A DNA stretch of 64,000 nucleotides from assembly GCA_943356525.1 (NCBI GenBank), contig CALRFG010000005.1:2921-66920 (forward strand). The letters are read 5' to 3'. The notes under the pieces are model-generated. The model did no database searches. It was not told the DNA's origin and was given only the letters and a program-made list of their open reading frames with translations. Shown here one piece after another: positions 27,552-37,891 of this stretch. Source of the stretch: Candidatus Nomurabacteria bacterium. GTDB taxonomy: Bacteria > Patescibacteriota > Minisyncoccia > Phycocordibacterales > CAIZLB01. The position numbers and the translations under genes were made by a program. The stretch's first letter is position 1; every line of letters begins with the position of its first letter.

Positions 27552-29348
27552 ATGAAAAAAATACTAATTATTATATTTTCCACAGCAGCTTTTTTAAGTA
27601 TATCAAATGCTTCAGCAGCTGACTTTCTTACAGGCTCGAATAAGGCAGAGGTAAGTGAAGGTGAAACTTTTGATATAAGTGTATATGTAAACAGCCAGGG
27701 GGTTGCTATAAATAGTGCTGAAGGTTCACTGTCATTTCCAAGTGATTTGGTCAGTGTTGTTTCAGTAAATAATGCCGGGTCTATATTTCCAATATGGGTT
27801 GAACAACCATCTTATTCAAACACCTCCGGCTCAGTTAGTTTTAACGGAGGAGTACCAAACCCTGGATATGCAGGTTCAAGGGGTTATGTTGCTAAAGTAA
27901 CATTCAAGGCAAAAAAAGCAGGTAAAGCTTCTATCGCGTTTGGAGCTTCAAGTATTTATTCTAACGATGGTTCAGGTACAGATGTTTTAAACAAAAAAAG
28001 TGGTGTATCGGTTTTGATAAAAGCTGCAGAAGCTACTCCTGTTGTCAAAGAAGAACCTCTAAAAGATGGGGTAATAGATGTAGATAGAAAACCAATAATA
28101 GAAAAACCTATCCCTATTAAAAGTGATGAAATTGTTGAAAATATAAATAATAGAGATACAGTATTGCCACCAATGCCTGTTATTTCATCTAAGGATTTGA
28201 CTGACGGAAAAGAATGGTTCACTACAAAAAAAATAATGCTGGACTGGGATGTTCCTGGGGGAGTGACAGCTGTTCAGTTTTCTTTCGGTGGTAAAGAAGA
28301 CGCGATACCAACATCAATATATTCACCGGCTATTAATTTTGCAAAAATATTAAATATTGCTAACGGCGTATCCTACTTCCATATCAGGTTTAAAAATAGT
28401 GCAGGTTGGGGGGGGATATTACATAAAAAAATAATGGTAGACTCCTTTTCGCCAGGAGATATTACGGGCACCTCAGTCTTAAATGATAAAAAACTTATAT
28501 CTCTTTCTGTTTACTCTGAAGATTTGCACTCAGGGATAGATAGATATGAGGCATATGTTGATGGAAAAAAGGTTGCAGAAATAAAAGGTGGTTTTGATAA
28601 AAATACTACTATAGATTTACCGTTACTTAAAACAGGTCAGAATAAAGTAACTATTATCGCCTACGATGTCGCAGGAAATAAAAATACAAAAATAATTGAC
28701 ATTAATTCTCCTGAAGCTGAATCTCCTCAAATAAAAATTTCAAAAATAGAAACGAAAATAGATGAAGGTAACAATCTTTCCGTTTATACATATCCAAATA
28801 TAGAAATAGTACTTTATATAAAAGATGAAACCGGAAAAGTAACGAGTTCTTCTACAGTTAGTGGTTTAGACGGTTCTATAAGTATTCCTATAGAAGCTTT
28901 TAAATCAGTAGGTTTGAAAACTTTATGGGTATCATTGAATAATGATTGTGAAGATATGTGTGTACTTTCTGAAAAGCTGACAGTACAAGTTGTTGAAGGT
29001 GATTTAACTCGAGTACCTAAAGAATTTTTAAGCATGATACGTAAAAACTATTCAGGGACAATACCTTGGCTTATAGCAATTATATTCATGTTACTATACC
29101 TATCTACATTTAAAAGAAATAAAAATAAAGATATTATCCAAGAATTAAATAAGGCCGAGATAGATGTATATAAAATATTTAAAGTATTAAAAAATGATGC
29201 TAAGAGATATAAAGCAATGCTTAAGAGAAATAAAATTGATATAGTTGAAAAAGATCAGGTTATTATTGAAAATCTGGAAAAAGATTTGGAAGAAGCAGAG
29301 ACTTGTTTTGCAAAAAGAATAGAGAAAATAGAAAAAGAATTGGAATAG
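27552..29348 (+). CDS. Cohesin-like domain protein with a C-terminal TM anchor and a coiled-coil tail.
   Basis: Signal peptide. Cohesin-like block paralogous to the previous ORF (GETFDISVYVNSQGVAINSAEGSLSF...YVAKVTFKAKKAGKASIAF). TM segment near the C-terminus. Confidence 0.45.
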   Translation: MKKILIIIFSTAAFLSISNASAADFLTGSNKAEVSEGETFDISVYVNSQGVAINSAEGSLSFPSDLVSVVSVNNAGSIFPIWVEQPSYSNTSGSVSFNGGVPNPGYAGSRGYVAKVTFKAKKAGKASIAFGASSIYSNDGSGTDVLNKKSGVSVLIKAAEATPVVKEEPLKDGVIDVDRKPIIEKPIPIKSDEIVENINNRDTVLPPMPVISSKDLTDGKEWFTTKKIMLDWDVPGGVTAVQFSFGGKEDAIPTSIYSPAINFAKILNIANGVSYFHIRFKNSAGWGGILHKKIMVDSFSPGDITGTSVLNDKKLISLSVYSEDLHSGIDRYEAYVDGKKVAEIKGGFDKNTTIDLPLLKTGQNKVTIIAYDVAGNKNTKIIDINSPEAESPQIKISKIETKIDEGNNLSVYTYPNIEIVLYIKDETGKVTSSSTVSGLDGSISIPIEAFKSVGLKTLWVSLNNDCEDMCVLSEKLTVQVVEGDLTRVPKEFLSMIRKNYSGTIPWLIAIIFMLLYLSTFKRNKNKDIIQELNKAEIDVYKIFKVLKNDAKRYKAMLKRNKIDIVEKDQVIIENLEKDLEEAETCFAKRIEKIEKELE

Positions 29349-29356
29349 GTAAATAT

Positions 29357-29394
29357 AAAACCACTTATATTAAATAATATAAGTGGTTTTTTTT
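29357..29394. terminator. Bidirectional rho-independent terminator between convergent genes.
   Basis: Perfect 14-bp hairpin aaaaccacttatatt/aatataagtggtttt, with an A-tract on one side and a T-tract on the other. Confidence 0.6.
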
Positions 29395-29405
29395 GAATCT
29401 AAAAA

Positions 29406-30038
29406 TTATTTCTCAATAACCAAATTTTCTTTAGACACTCTAACTTTTGCCATACTTGCAGAACTATCATTCTCTGATCTATATCCAGCTGTACAAACAA
29501 CAGTTGACGTCAATCCAAGATCTTTCAGGCCAAGTATTTCATCAAACTGTTTCTTATCAAAGCCTTCCATGGGAGTAGAGTCTATCTCCTCAAGTGCTGC
29601 TGTGGAAAGTAAGACGCCAAGTGCTAAATAAGCTTGTTTGGCAGCCCAAGTTGTTTTATGATCTTCAGAAAGTGATTTTAGTGTTCCTTTGATCATAGCT
29701 GCAAATTTGGATAACGATTCAGCGGAAACATTTCTTGTTTCCATAATAAGGTTTACATAGTCATCTACGCTAGCATCCCCCAGATCAGTTTTTACTGCAA
29801 ATACAAATAAATCTGAAGCATCTGTTATTTGAGGTTGATCCCAAGCTACAGCCTTTAATTTTTTACGAGTTTCAATATCTTTAACATGAATAACTTTATA
29901 TACAGGTAAACCGTAAGAAGAAGGTGCAAGTCTTATAGATTCTATAAGTGTATTAACTTGTTCATCTGATAATTTTTTATTTGTATCATATGCATTTGCT
30001 GCATATCTCCAATTTAAAGCATTTATTATATTTAACAT
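29406..30038 (-). CDS. Nitroreductase family protein (NAD(P)H-dependent, NfsB-like).
   Basis: ~210 aa. The N-terminal RYAANAYD...LSDEQVNTLIESIRLAPSSYGLPVY is a typical nitroreductase fold signature. Confidence 0.8.
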   Translation of the reverse strand: MLNIINALNWRYAANAYDTNKKLSDEQVNTLIESIRLAPSSYGLPVYKVIHVKDIETRKKLKAVAWDQPQITDASDLFVFAVKTDLGDASVDDYVNLIMETRNVSAESLSKFAAMIKGTLKSLSEDHKTTWAAKQAYLALGVLLSTAALEEIDSTPMEGFDKKQFDEILGLKDLGLTSTVVCTAGYRSENDSSASMAKVRVSKENLVIEK

Positions 30039-30125
30039 TTTTTTTTAAAATTTAATGATAATAATTTAATTATAATCTCTATACTTTCATTTGTAAAGTT
30101 TCAAAAAAAATGTTATTTTGTAGAT

Positions 30126-30455
30126 ATGTTTAGGACAACATCACAAAAGAAAAAAATGTGCATAAATTGTCCAATAGCCAAGGCGTCTGACTTAGTTGGT
30201 GATTCGGTTATACTAATAATTGTTAGAGAGTTATTGGGTGGTTCAAAAAGGTTTGGAGAATTATATGAATCATTGGGAGGGGTAAGCACAAGAACCTTAA
30301 CAGAAAAACTCAAGAAGCTTGAAGAAAATAAACTTATTTTAAGAGTTGAATTCAAACAAAAACCACCCCATGTAGAGTATTCACTGACCGTTAAAGGTAA
30401 AGGGTTAAAAAAGATTGTTATAGCTTTGTCTGAGTACGGTGAGAAGTTTTTGTAA
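30126..30455 (+). CDS. HxlR-family winged-helix transcriptional regulator.
   Basis: CPIAKASDLVGDSVILIIVRELLGGSKRFGELYESLGGVSTRTLTEKLKKLEENKLI. It is divergent from a nitroreductase, the classic HxlR pairing. Confidence 0.75.
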   Translation: MFRTTSQKKKMCINCPIAKASDLVGDSVILIIVRELLGGSKRFGELYESLGGVSTRTLTEKLKKLEENKLILRVEFKQKPPHVEYSLTVKGKGLKKIVIALSEYGEKFL

Positions 30456-30510
30456 GCCTTTTAAATGAAGCTAGTTTTACATAAACTTGTTTAGCGAGTA
30501 TAATAAATAC

Positions 30511-31020
30511 ATGAAATCAGTAAATATAATAATTACAATAATAATTTTTATTTTAATCGGTGGAGGTATATATGTTTTAAATAATAATACCGGCACTGAA
30601 AGTATGATAAAAGATGAAATGCCAGGTGAGACAATGATGATGGAGAAAGATGCTACGATGTCTTCAACATCTGAAACTATGATGAAAAAAGATGATACCA
30701 TGATTATGGTAAAAGGTGGAAGTTATGAAGCTTACTCACCTGAAAAACTAGCAAATGCAGAGAAAGGTAATGTAGTTCTATTCTTCAGAGCAGGATGGTG
30801 TCAAACATGTAGAACCGTAGACGCAGATATAAAAGCAAATATAAAAAATATTCCTCCAAATCTTACTATACTAGATATTGATTATGATAAATCTTCAGAT
30901 CTTAAGAAAAAATACGGAGTAACTACACAACATACATTTATTCAAATTGACTCAAAAGGTAAATTTAAAAAATGGATAGGTGGATCGACACTTGACTCTG
31001 TTGTAGATCAAGTAGAATAA
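30511..31020 (+). CDS. Membrane-anchored thioredoxin-fold protein with a Met-rich segment.
   Basis: N-terminal TM segment. Met-rich stretch (ETMMMEKDATMSSTSETMMKKDDTMIM). FFRAGWCQTCR carries a CxxC motif. The ATG at 30511 is preferred over the track's TTG at 30487. Confidence 0.6.
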   Translation: MKSVNIIITIIIFILIGGGIYVLNNNTGTESMIKDEMPGETMMMEKDATMSSTSETMMKKDDTMIMVKGGSYEAYSPEKLANAEKGNVVLFFRAGWCQTCRTVDADIKANIKNIPPNLTILDIDYDKSSDLKKKYGVTTQHTFIQIDSKGKFKKWIGGSTLDSVVDQVE

Positions 31021-31032
31021 TTAAAACATAGT

Positions 31033-32733
31033 ATGTTATTACTTACAGTATCATTCATAGCTGGTATATTAACCATACTTGCACCATGTGTGTTACCAGT
31101 ACTCCCTGTTATCTTGGGTGGTTCCTTAAATAATAAAAAAGCTAATAAAAAAAAGACATTAATAATAATACTTTCTTTAGGAATATCGGTTATAGTATTT
31201 ACTTTTTTATTAAAAGTTAGTACGTTATTTATAGATATACCAGAATATACTTGGAAAATAGTTTCAAGTATTATAATATTGATATTTGGCTTGATCACTA
31301 TTTTTCCTTCACTTTGGGAAAATAAATTTATTGCAAAGTTAAGTAGAAAATCTAACATTATCCTAGGTAAAGGGGATCAGAAGAAAAGCTTTTGGGGAGA
31401 CGTGATAGTTGGTGTATCTCTTGGTCCCGTGTTCTCAACATGTAGTCCAACATACTTTATTATCTTGGCTACTGTATTGCCAGTGAGTCTTTTACTTGGC
31501 TTTATTTACTTATTGGCTTATACACTTGGTTTATGTTTGGCATTGCTTATGGTGGCATTGATAGGTCAAAGAATAGTTGATAAATTGGGCGTAGCAGCAA
31601 ATCCTGACGGCTGGTTTAAGAAAACTCTTGGAATAATCCTTGTTATCGTTGCTATAGGTATAGTTACAGGTGCCGATAAAAAACTACAGACATATATATT
31701 AGATAAAGGTTTTTTTGATGTGACTAAGATAGAGCAAATGTTATTACGTTCACAAGACGAAAAAAGTTCATCTGTAAATCTTTCTGGTGGATATTTGTCT
31801 ATAGCAGAAAAAGAAAAAAAATATAAAAGATTTACTGAGCTTGTTTCTCCTAATGGATACATAAATACCGATGGTAAAAAGATAACTCTTGAAGGTTTAA
31901 AGGGCGAAGTTATACTTCTAGATATATGGACATATACATGTATAAATTGTCAAAGAACAATACCTTATATAAATCAGTGGTATGACAAATACAAAGATCA
32001 AGGCTTTGAAGTTGTTGGTGTACATACTCCAGAGTTTGCTTTTGAAAAAGTTCAAGCAAATGTAGAAAAAGAGGTTTTAGGTTTTAAAATAAAATACCCT
32101 GTTGTTTTGGATAATGATTATCAAACGTGGAAGGCTCTTCAAAATCAATACTGGCCACGAAAATATATTATAGATATAGATGGATATGTTATATATGATC
32201 ATATAGGTGAGGGAGCTTATGAGGAAACAGAAAAAGTTATACAATATGCCTTAAAAGAAAGAGCGGAACGCATGGGTATAGTATTAGATATATCTTTAGA
32301 TGAACTTGTAAATATAAAAACTGAAAAAGGAAATGTAGGTAGTCCTGAAATTTATTTTGGTTCTGTTCGAAATGAGTATCTGGCAAATGGAAAAGTCGGA
32401 GTCCTTGGAGTTCAGGAGTTAAAACTTCCTAAAAATATTTTACCCAACAGATTATATTTTGATGGTAGTTGGAATATGACCTCTGAGTATGCAGAAAATA
32501 TAAATCCAGGAAGTGTAGTTTTCAAATATGATGCAAAGAATATATATATAACAGCAGGATCAGATCTCCCACTAGAGGTAGAAATATATTTAGACGGGCA
32601 GTTTTTAAAAAAGTTAATGATTAAAGATGCGGGTTTATATACCCTTATTGAAGGAACTGAATATGGACAGTATACTATTGAGATCAAGGTATCAAAACCA
32701 GGGTTAAAGGTGTTTACATTTACGTTTGGATAA
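31033..32733 (+). CDS. CcdA/DsbD-like transmembrane electron-transfer domain fused to a TlpA-like thioredoxin domain.
   Basis: ILAPCVLPVLPVILG (CcdA Cys motif) lies in a multi-TM N-terminal half. The C-terminal half has DIWTYTCINCQRTIPYINQWYDKY (CxxC). Confidence 0.7.
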   Translation: MLLLTVSFIAGILTILAPCVLPVLPVILGGSLNNKKANKKKTLIIILSLGISVIVFTFLLKVSTLFIDIPEYTWKIVSSIIILIFGLITIFPSLWENKFIAKLSRKSNIILGKGDQKKSFWGDVIVGVSLGPVFSTCSPTYFIILATVLPVSLLLGFIYLLAYTLGLCLALLMVALIGQRIVDKLGVAANPDGWFKKTLGIILVIVAIGIVTGADKKLQTYILDKGFFDVTKIEQMLLRSQDEKSSSVNLSGGYLSIAEKEKKYKRFTELVSPNGYINTDGKKITLEGLKGEVILLDIWTYTCINCQRTIPYINQWYDKYKDQGFEVVGVHTPEFAFEKVQANVEKEVLGFKIKYPVVLDNDYQTWKALQNQYWPRKYIIDIDGYVIYDHIGEGAYEETEKVIQYALKERAERMGIVLDISLDELVNIKTEKGNVGSPEIYFGSVRNEYLANGKVGVLGVQELKLPKNILPNRLYFDGSWNMTSEYAENINPGSVVFKYDAKNIYITAGSDLPLEVEIYLDGQFLKKLMIKDAGLYTLIEGTEYGQYTIEIKVSKPGLKVFTFTFG

Positions 32734-33043
32734 TAACTTGAAAAAAGCTATTCTTTCTGTGAATGGTTTATTTTTTATTCAGGACTAAAGAAGGTTAGTA
32801 TTAATTGTGTAGACGAAACCAGAGATAAGAATATTCATAAATAAATACAAATCAAAGCTTACTATGTTATTATGTAAGTATAGATGAATTCAAAATCCAC
32901 TCAATTACCCATAGTTTTAAAGGATTTTCATAATGAAATCCAAACTCTTAAAATCGAGCAAAAAGATCTTTTATTTAGAGTAAAAAAATCTATAGATGTA
33001 GCAAAATTGAAAAAGATTAACAGCAAATTAGGCAAGTAATTCT

Positions 33044-36000
33044 ATGTCTGAAAATAGTGAAAAAAAATATATAAAGGTTGAGGATTTTGTCGGAGCTACA
33101 AAACACGAGGTTGGTGATTCTGTAGAACATGCAATTGAAGAGTTGGATACCATACAAGCAAGAAATGAAGAAATTGCATTATTAATAGAAAGTGCCGATA
33201 TTCCCCTTGCTGATAAAGAGGCTTTTAGATCAGAACTTGCAAGTGTAGAAAATAAAACGTTATCCTTTAAAGAGAAATTTTTAATAAGATTAGAAAAAGT
33301 AGCCGAGACTGTGCTTACTCCTATTGCAAAAGGTATTGAAGCATACGGTAGAAATTTTGGAGAAAGTAAAAAAAAGATAGATGGGGTAAATTTTATACTT
33401 GAAAATTTAGTATGTGAAAATAAGGAAGAGTTGTTAGAAGATTTAAGGCAAAAGGTTGAAAAAAATTATTTGTATTCAATTCCGGTTCCAGAATTTCCAC
33501 TTGATAAAAATGGTTTAGAAATAATATCTTATATTAAAAAGAAAGATATCGGGTCTATGTACGATGTAGAGAGTATAATTAAGAAGGTAAATTTTATGCA
33601 CAAGCTGCATAAAAAAAGTGTTTCTTTACAAATGATAGGGTGTTTTGATCTGGATCATGATTTTTACAATAGCGATTCTGTATTAGAAAATAAAGATTTA
33701 ATAGCTAAGCTAATCTTATTGGACAAAACTGATTTCAAGCTTTATCTAAAAGATATTCCAATGTATAAGATAGAGAAATTAGAGCTTGAAAAAATAAATC
33801 TAATTATTCAAAATCCGTTTCTACGTATTTCATTTCACGAATCTTATTATCTAAATGTAGATAAAATAAATAACTATATTACCGAGGAAAATCTTAAAAA
33901 AATCAAGGATTTTATTAGTGGTCCGATGTATCCGAGTAAAAACATTAGTGAAATTTTTACTTTCGTAGAAAAAGTTTTTAATTTACCTAAAGGTGTTCAG
34001 GGTATTTGTGATTTCTTATATCACCGTAATGGTGGACAAATAAATCAGATATTGACTAACTATGAAATTGATATGCGCTACAATATGCTTAAAAACCTAA
34101 AAGAGCAAGAAATAATAATTTTAAACAGGTTGGTCAAAGAGGTTGACGTCTCAATGTGGAAAAAAGACGATATTAAAGAATATTTACAACTTAATGAAAA
34201 TATTTTTGATAGGTGTAAAGAGTTGGATATATATATAGGCAGTTCCTATCGACCTGTCAGTTTGTTTTTGGAAATAAGTAGTATGTCTGATGACGAATTT
34301 GATCTATTTAAGCAAATATACAATAAAACACCAGCAAAAAGAGTAGATCTTGCTTTAAAAACTTTTACTTCAATAAATGAATCGCTAACCTCTGAACGCT
34401 TTAAGGAAGTTATTTCGTTTATTGATAGGATTGGTGAAACACATAACTTAAGATTTTATATAGAAGATAATCGTTCATTAGCAGATCTGGTTTATTTTAT
34501 GGGAGTTGTGGAAGAAGAAAAAGATATTGATCTTCTAGACTTAATAGAAAGCGCCTTCGGAAAGTATACACTGCATAAATGTGCAAGAGATAAGTTTTTA
34601 CTTGATGAGATTTTGGCTGGATTCGTGTATGAAAGGTCGTTTGCTGTTCCGCGAATTATAAATGATCAGAATATGTGTTTACATACATTTCAAAATTTTG
34701 AAAAGGTAAACGGTTATCTAAAACTTAAAAATAGCAAATTTTCAGAACAAGATATTGAGACAATATATTATAATATTTTAAACTCGAATCCTAACATTTT
34801 TTTAACAGAAAATACTTTTCCGTTGACAGTTGAAATGAGAGCTGAAATAACAAGAAGTATTACCGGGATATCATCACCTGAAATTTTGAATAGATTTTAT
34901 TTCTTTAAAAAAGAATATCTTGACCATACTAATAATCAACAAGAATTACTAAACCGTTTATTTGATACGCTTATTGTAACCCAACCAAAAGAACTCTTAG
35001 AATCTAAAGATTTTCCTTTTACCGAGGAACAAATGCGATATGTAGAGATCTTTAAAAGAATTAACGATTCACCATCAAGGGAATTAAAAAATCTTTCTAC
35101 AGAAATAATTCCACTCTTGTTAAAAAACAATACAATAGAATTAATGCATGAGTATGTTTCAAGGATCGAGCATATATTTTTAACTAATAATATACCGATG
35201 GTAGGAAAGCAATATAAGGTTTTTGAAATATTATATGGAGATACACAATTAAAAAATGGGGTATCAAGAAGTAAAGTCGAGTCTTTGAAAAAAATGAATA
35301 ACCCTATTAAGCAACGATTAACAATCTTTAAGGATTTGATGAGGGCTCATATTGCATCAGCCGATAGTAATCTAATGCAATACTTAACTGCACTTAAGGA
35401 AGGTAGAAATGCTTTAGAAAAATTTGAAAGTGACACACCTCTTGAGGAAAATGAAAAGAAAAGTCTGAAGGCATTTATAAAAAAAATAAATATCTTAACA
35501 GGTCATATAGGAAAAGAATCTATTGTAATGGGAGATGATATATCTGATGAAGAAATGGCTCAGGAAATACGAGAACTGAGTACGTCATTGGGGGTTGAGG
35601 AAGGAGGAAGTATAATCCATAAATTTGAGAAATTTTTTCTAAAAGGAATAGGGATAGAAACAATAAATGAAGCAATTGAAATAATGAAGCAACGTAAGAT
35701 TGGGGCACATAATCGAAATGTTGAGTTGTCCATATCAGGAAAAATATCACTACAAAATGGTGATTTAGTAAAAGGTGTATCAAGTAATTATTTTGATACC
35801 TATCTTGATAAAGGTGTCTACGCGCCTGAATTTGTTGGTGCGCAAAGTGTCGGTGCAAAATCTGTAAGTAGATCAAGTGATGGTACACCGTTTGATACTG
35901 ATTTAATAATAATAGAAGATGATAAAACGGATCTAGAAGACAATCTCACTGGGTACGGTGATATAAACCTGATATTAAAAAATAAATCCCAATTTGAACA

Positions 36001-37126
36001 AGACGATTTAGACATATTTAGAACTGGAGTAATCTCAAAAAACCATTATGGTATTCGCACAGGTTTCGGTTCAACTCAGATAGATGCAATCTGTATCAAG
36101 CCTCAAGAAATAAAAGATTCAGGTATAGATAAAATAAAATATTTCATAGCAAAAAAAGGATTTTATATTCCAATATGTAACCTTGATGGAAATATAGTTT
36201 TTACAAAAGAAGATTATGATGAGTATCGAAAAATATTTAAAGGTATAAAAAGATATGAAGGTGGAGAATTAGAGATTAGTCAAGAATGGAAAACGGATAA
36301 GATGTCAGAGGAAATAGATTCTATAACTCAAACAGAAGAAAATATTTCCAATATGGAAATTATCAGAGATAATGTTCAATTAAAAATAAAGAAAATATTG
36401 ACCGATACAGGGGTTCTCATACATAAAGGTGAATTCGATGACAGTCTTCTGGGTGCTATCATTTCAGATACAGGGTCTACGGGTCGTGGATCTGCCCTTG
36501 ATGAAAAGTTTGATTTTGATTTTGTAGTAAAGCTAGATGATACTGATTGGAATAAGGTTCCAGGTATTCTTGAAAAAATAAAAGAAATTTTCCAGGTTAA
36601 AGATCAATATGATGACAATGGAATGATAATGTTTAGATCACAGGAGATAGAAATCGATGGAGTTAAGATGGATATTGATATAGGTTTCAATAAAAAATCA
36701 GATTCTGAGGAGTTTGCAGCACATGATGCGCTTAAGGAAAAATATAATGCAATCGAAAATTCTCAAGGAAAACAGGCATTATTGGATACATTGACAAATA
36801 TCAGGTTTGCAAAGAAAAAACTCAAAGAAGCAGAGTGTTATAAAAAAGGAAATAAAGGCGGTGAACAACAAGGTGGTTTGGGTGGTATTGGGGTTGAGTA
36901 CTGGATTATTCAAAACGGTGGAGATGCAGTGAAGGCATTTAAAAATCTTGCAGAAGCGGCGATTCACGACGGACAAGTTATCCCTTTTGAAGATTTTAAA
37001 AAGTCTTATAAGGTCTTTAGTGCTGGGCAAAATCTACGTGGTTCAGTCAAGGTGGAGAATTTTACATATAATATGTCTGAATCTGGATATCAAAAAATGG
37101 TAGAACTTGCAAAATCATTCTTATAG
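33044..37126 (+). CDS. Giant (1360 aa) hypothetical protein with a C-terminal pol-beta/CD-NTase-like nucleotidyltransferase core.
   Basis: The C-terminal region reads GSTGRGSALDEKFDFDFVV (G[GS]x9-13 D-h-D-h) followed ~60 aa later by MDIDIGF (third acidic residue). The N-terminal ~1100 aa have no recognisable motif. Confidence 0.6.
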   Translation: MSENSEKKYIKVEDFVGATKHEVGDSVEHAIEELDTIQARNEEIALLIESADIPLADKEAFRSELASVENKTLSFKEKFLIRLEKVAETVLTPIAKGIEAYGRNFGESKKKIDGVNFILENLVCENKEELLEDLRQKVEKNYLYSIPVPEFPLDKNGLEIISYIKKKDIGSMYDVESIIKKVNFMHKLHKKSVSLQMIGCFDLDHDFYNSDSVLENKDLIAKLILLDKTDFKLYLKDIPMYKIEKLELEKINLIIQNPFLRISFHESYYLNVDKINNYITEENLKKIKDFISGPMYPSKNISEIFTFVEKVFNLPKGVQGICDFLYHRNGGQINQILTNYEIDMRYNMLKNLKEQEIIILNRLVKEVDVSMWKKDDIKEYLQLNENIFDRCKELDIYIGSSYRPVSLFLEISSMSDDEFDLFKQIYNKTPAKRVDLALKTFTSINESLTSERFKEVISFIDRIGETHNLRFYIEDNRSLADLVYFMGVVEEEKDIDLLDLIESAFGKYTLHKCARDKFLLDEILAGFVYERSFAVPRIINDQNMCLHTFQNFEKVNGYLKLKNSKFSEQDIETIYYNILNSNPNIFLTENTFPLTVEMRAEITRSITGISSPEILNRFYFFKKEYLDHTNNQQELLNRLFDTLIVTQPKELLESKDFPFTEEQMRYVEIFKRINDSPSRELKNLSTEIIPLLLKNNTIELMHEYVSRIEHIFLTNNIPMVGKQYKVFEILYGDTQLKNGVSRSKVESLKKMNNPIKQRLTIFKDLMRAHIASADSNLMQYLTALKEGRNALEKFESDTPLEENEKKSLKAFIKKINILTGHIGKESIVMGDDISDEEMAQEIRELSTSLGVEEGGSIIHKFEKFFLKGIGIETINEAIEIMKQRKIGAHNRNVELSISGKISLQNGDLVKGVSSNYFDTYLDKGVYAPEFVGAQSVGAKSVSRSSDGTPFDTDLIIIEDDKTDLEDNLTGYGDINLILKNKSQFEQDDLDIFRTGVISKNHYGIRTGFGSTQIDAICIKPQEIKDSGIDKIKYFIAKKGFYIPICNLDGNIVFTKEDYDEYRKIFKGIKRYEGGELEISQEWKTDKMSEEIDSITQTEENISNMEIIRDNVQLKIKKILTDTGVLIHKGEFDDSLLGAIISDTGSTGRGSALDEKFDFDFVVKLDDTDWNKVPGILEKIKEIFQVKDQYDDNGMIMFRSQEIEIDGVKMDIDIGFNKKSDSEEFAAHDALKEKYNAIENSQGKQALLDTLTNIRFAKKKLKEAECYKKGNKGGEQQGGLGGIGVEYWIIQNGGDAVKAFKNLAEAAIHDGQVIPFEDFKKSYKVFSAGQNLRGSVKVENFTYNMSESGYQKMVELAKSFL

Positions 37127-37149
37127 TTTTATGCTACCATGACAATATA

Positions 37150-37878
37150 ATGACAATAGAACAGAAGCAAATACAAATCATACACGAAGAAAAAGACTTT
37201 GTTATCATCAACAAACCTGCAGGTCTTATAACCCATAGTGACGGTAGAAAAAAAGAAGCGGTTGACTCAGTTGCTGCTCAGATTTTAAAATTATACCCGG
37301 AGACTGCATCAGTGGGCGAGCAAAATGACAAGTTTGAAAGATATGGCATAGTTCACAGACTTGATCTAGAAACTTCAGGGGTTATGATCATAGCTCGCAA
37401 TCAAAAGTTTTATACATATATAAAGGAACAGTTTAAAAATCATGAAATAGATAAAGAATATAGAGCTATAGTTTATGGACATTTCAAATCCTCTAAGGGA
37501 TGTATACAAGATCCTATCGGTCGTAGTCAGTCAGATTTTAGAAAATATGTCTGTGGTCGTTTTGCCCGAGGTGAACTTAGGGAAGCTGTTACATATTATG
37601 AAGTTTTGAAAGAGTTTGAAAAAAAAGGGGATAAATACTCTTATGTGTCTGTTAAGCCTAAAACAGGTCGTACACATCAGATCAGGGTGCATATGAAGCA
37701 TATTAACCACGGTATAGTCGCAGATAGTTTATATATGCCAAAACATAAAACTTTAGGTCTTAAAAGACAGGCTTTACATGCTTATAAAATAACGTTTAAA
37801 AACATGAAAAATAAAGAGGTTTCCTTTGAGGCTCCGTTGAGTACTGATATGCTTGATTTAATAACGCAAATATGTTAA
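37150..37878 (+). CDS. RluA-family pseudouridine synthase.
   Basis: HRLDLETSGVMIIAR (catalytic Asp motif) and FVIINKPAGL. Confidence 0.85.
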   Translation: MTIEQKQIQIIHEEKDFVIINKPAGLITHSDGRKKEAVDSVAAQILKLYPETASVGEQNDKFERYGIVHRLDLETSGVMIIARNQKFYTYIKEQFKNHEIDKEYRAIVYGHFKSSKGCIQDPIGRSQSDFRKYVCGRFARGELREAVTYYEVLKEFEKKGDKYSYVSVKPKTGRTHQIRVHMKHINHGIVADSLYMPKHKTLGLKRQALHAYKITFKNMKNKEVSFEAPLSTDMLDLITQIC

Positions 37879-37891
37879 TAATTAGTCTATT

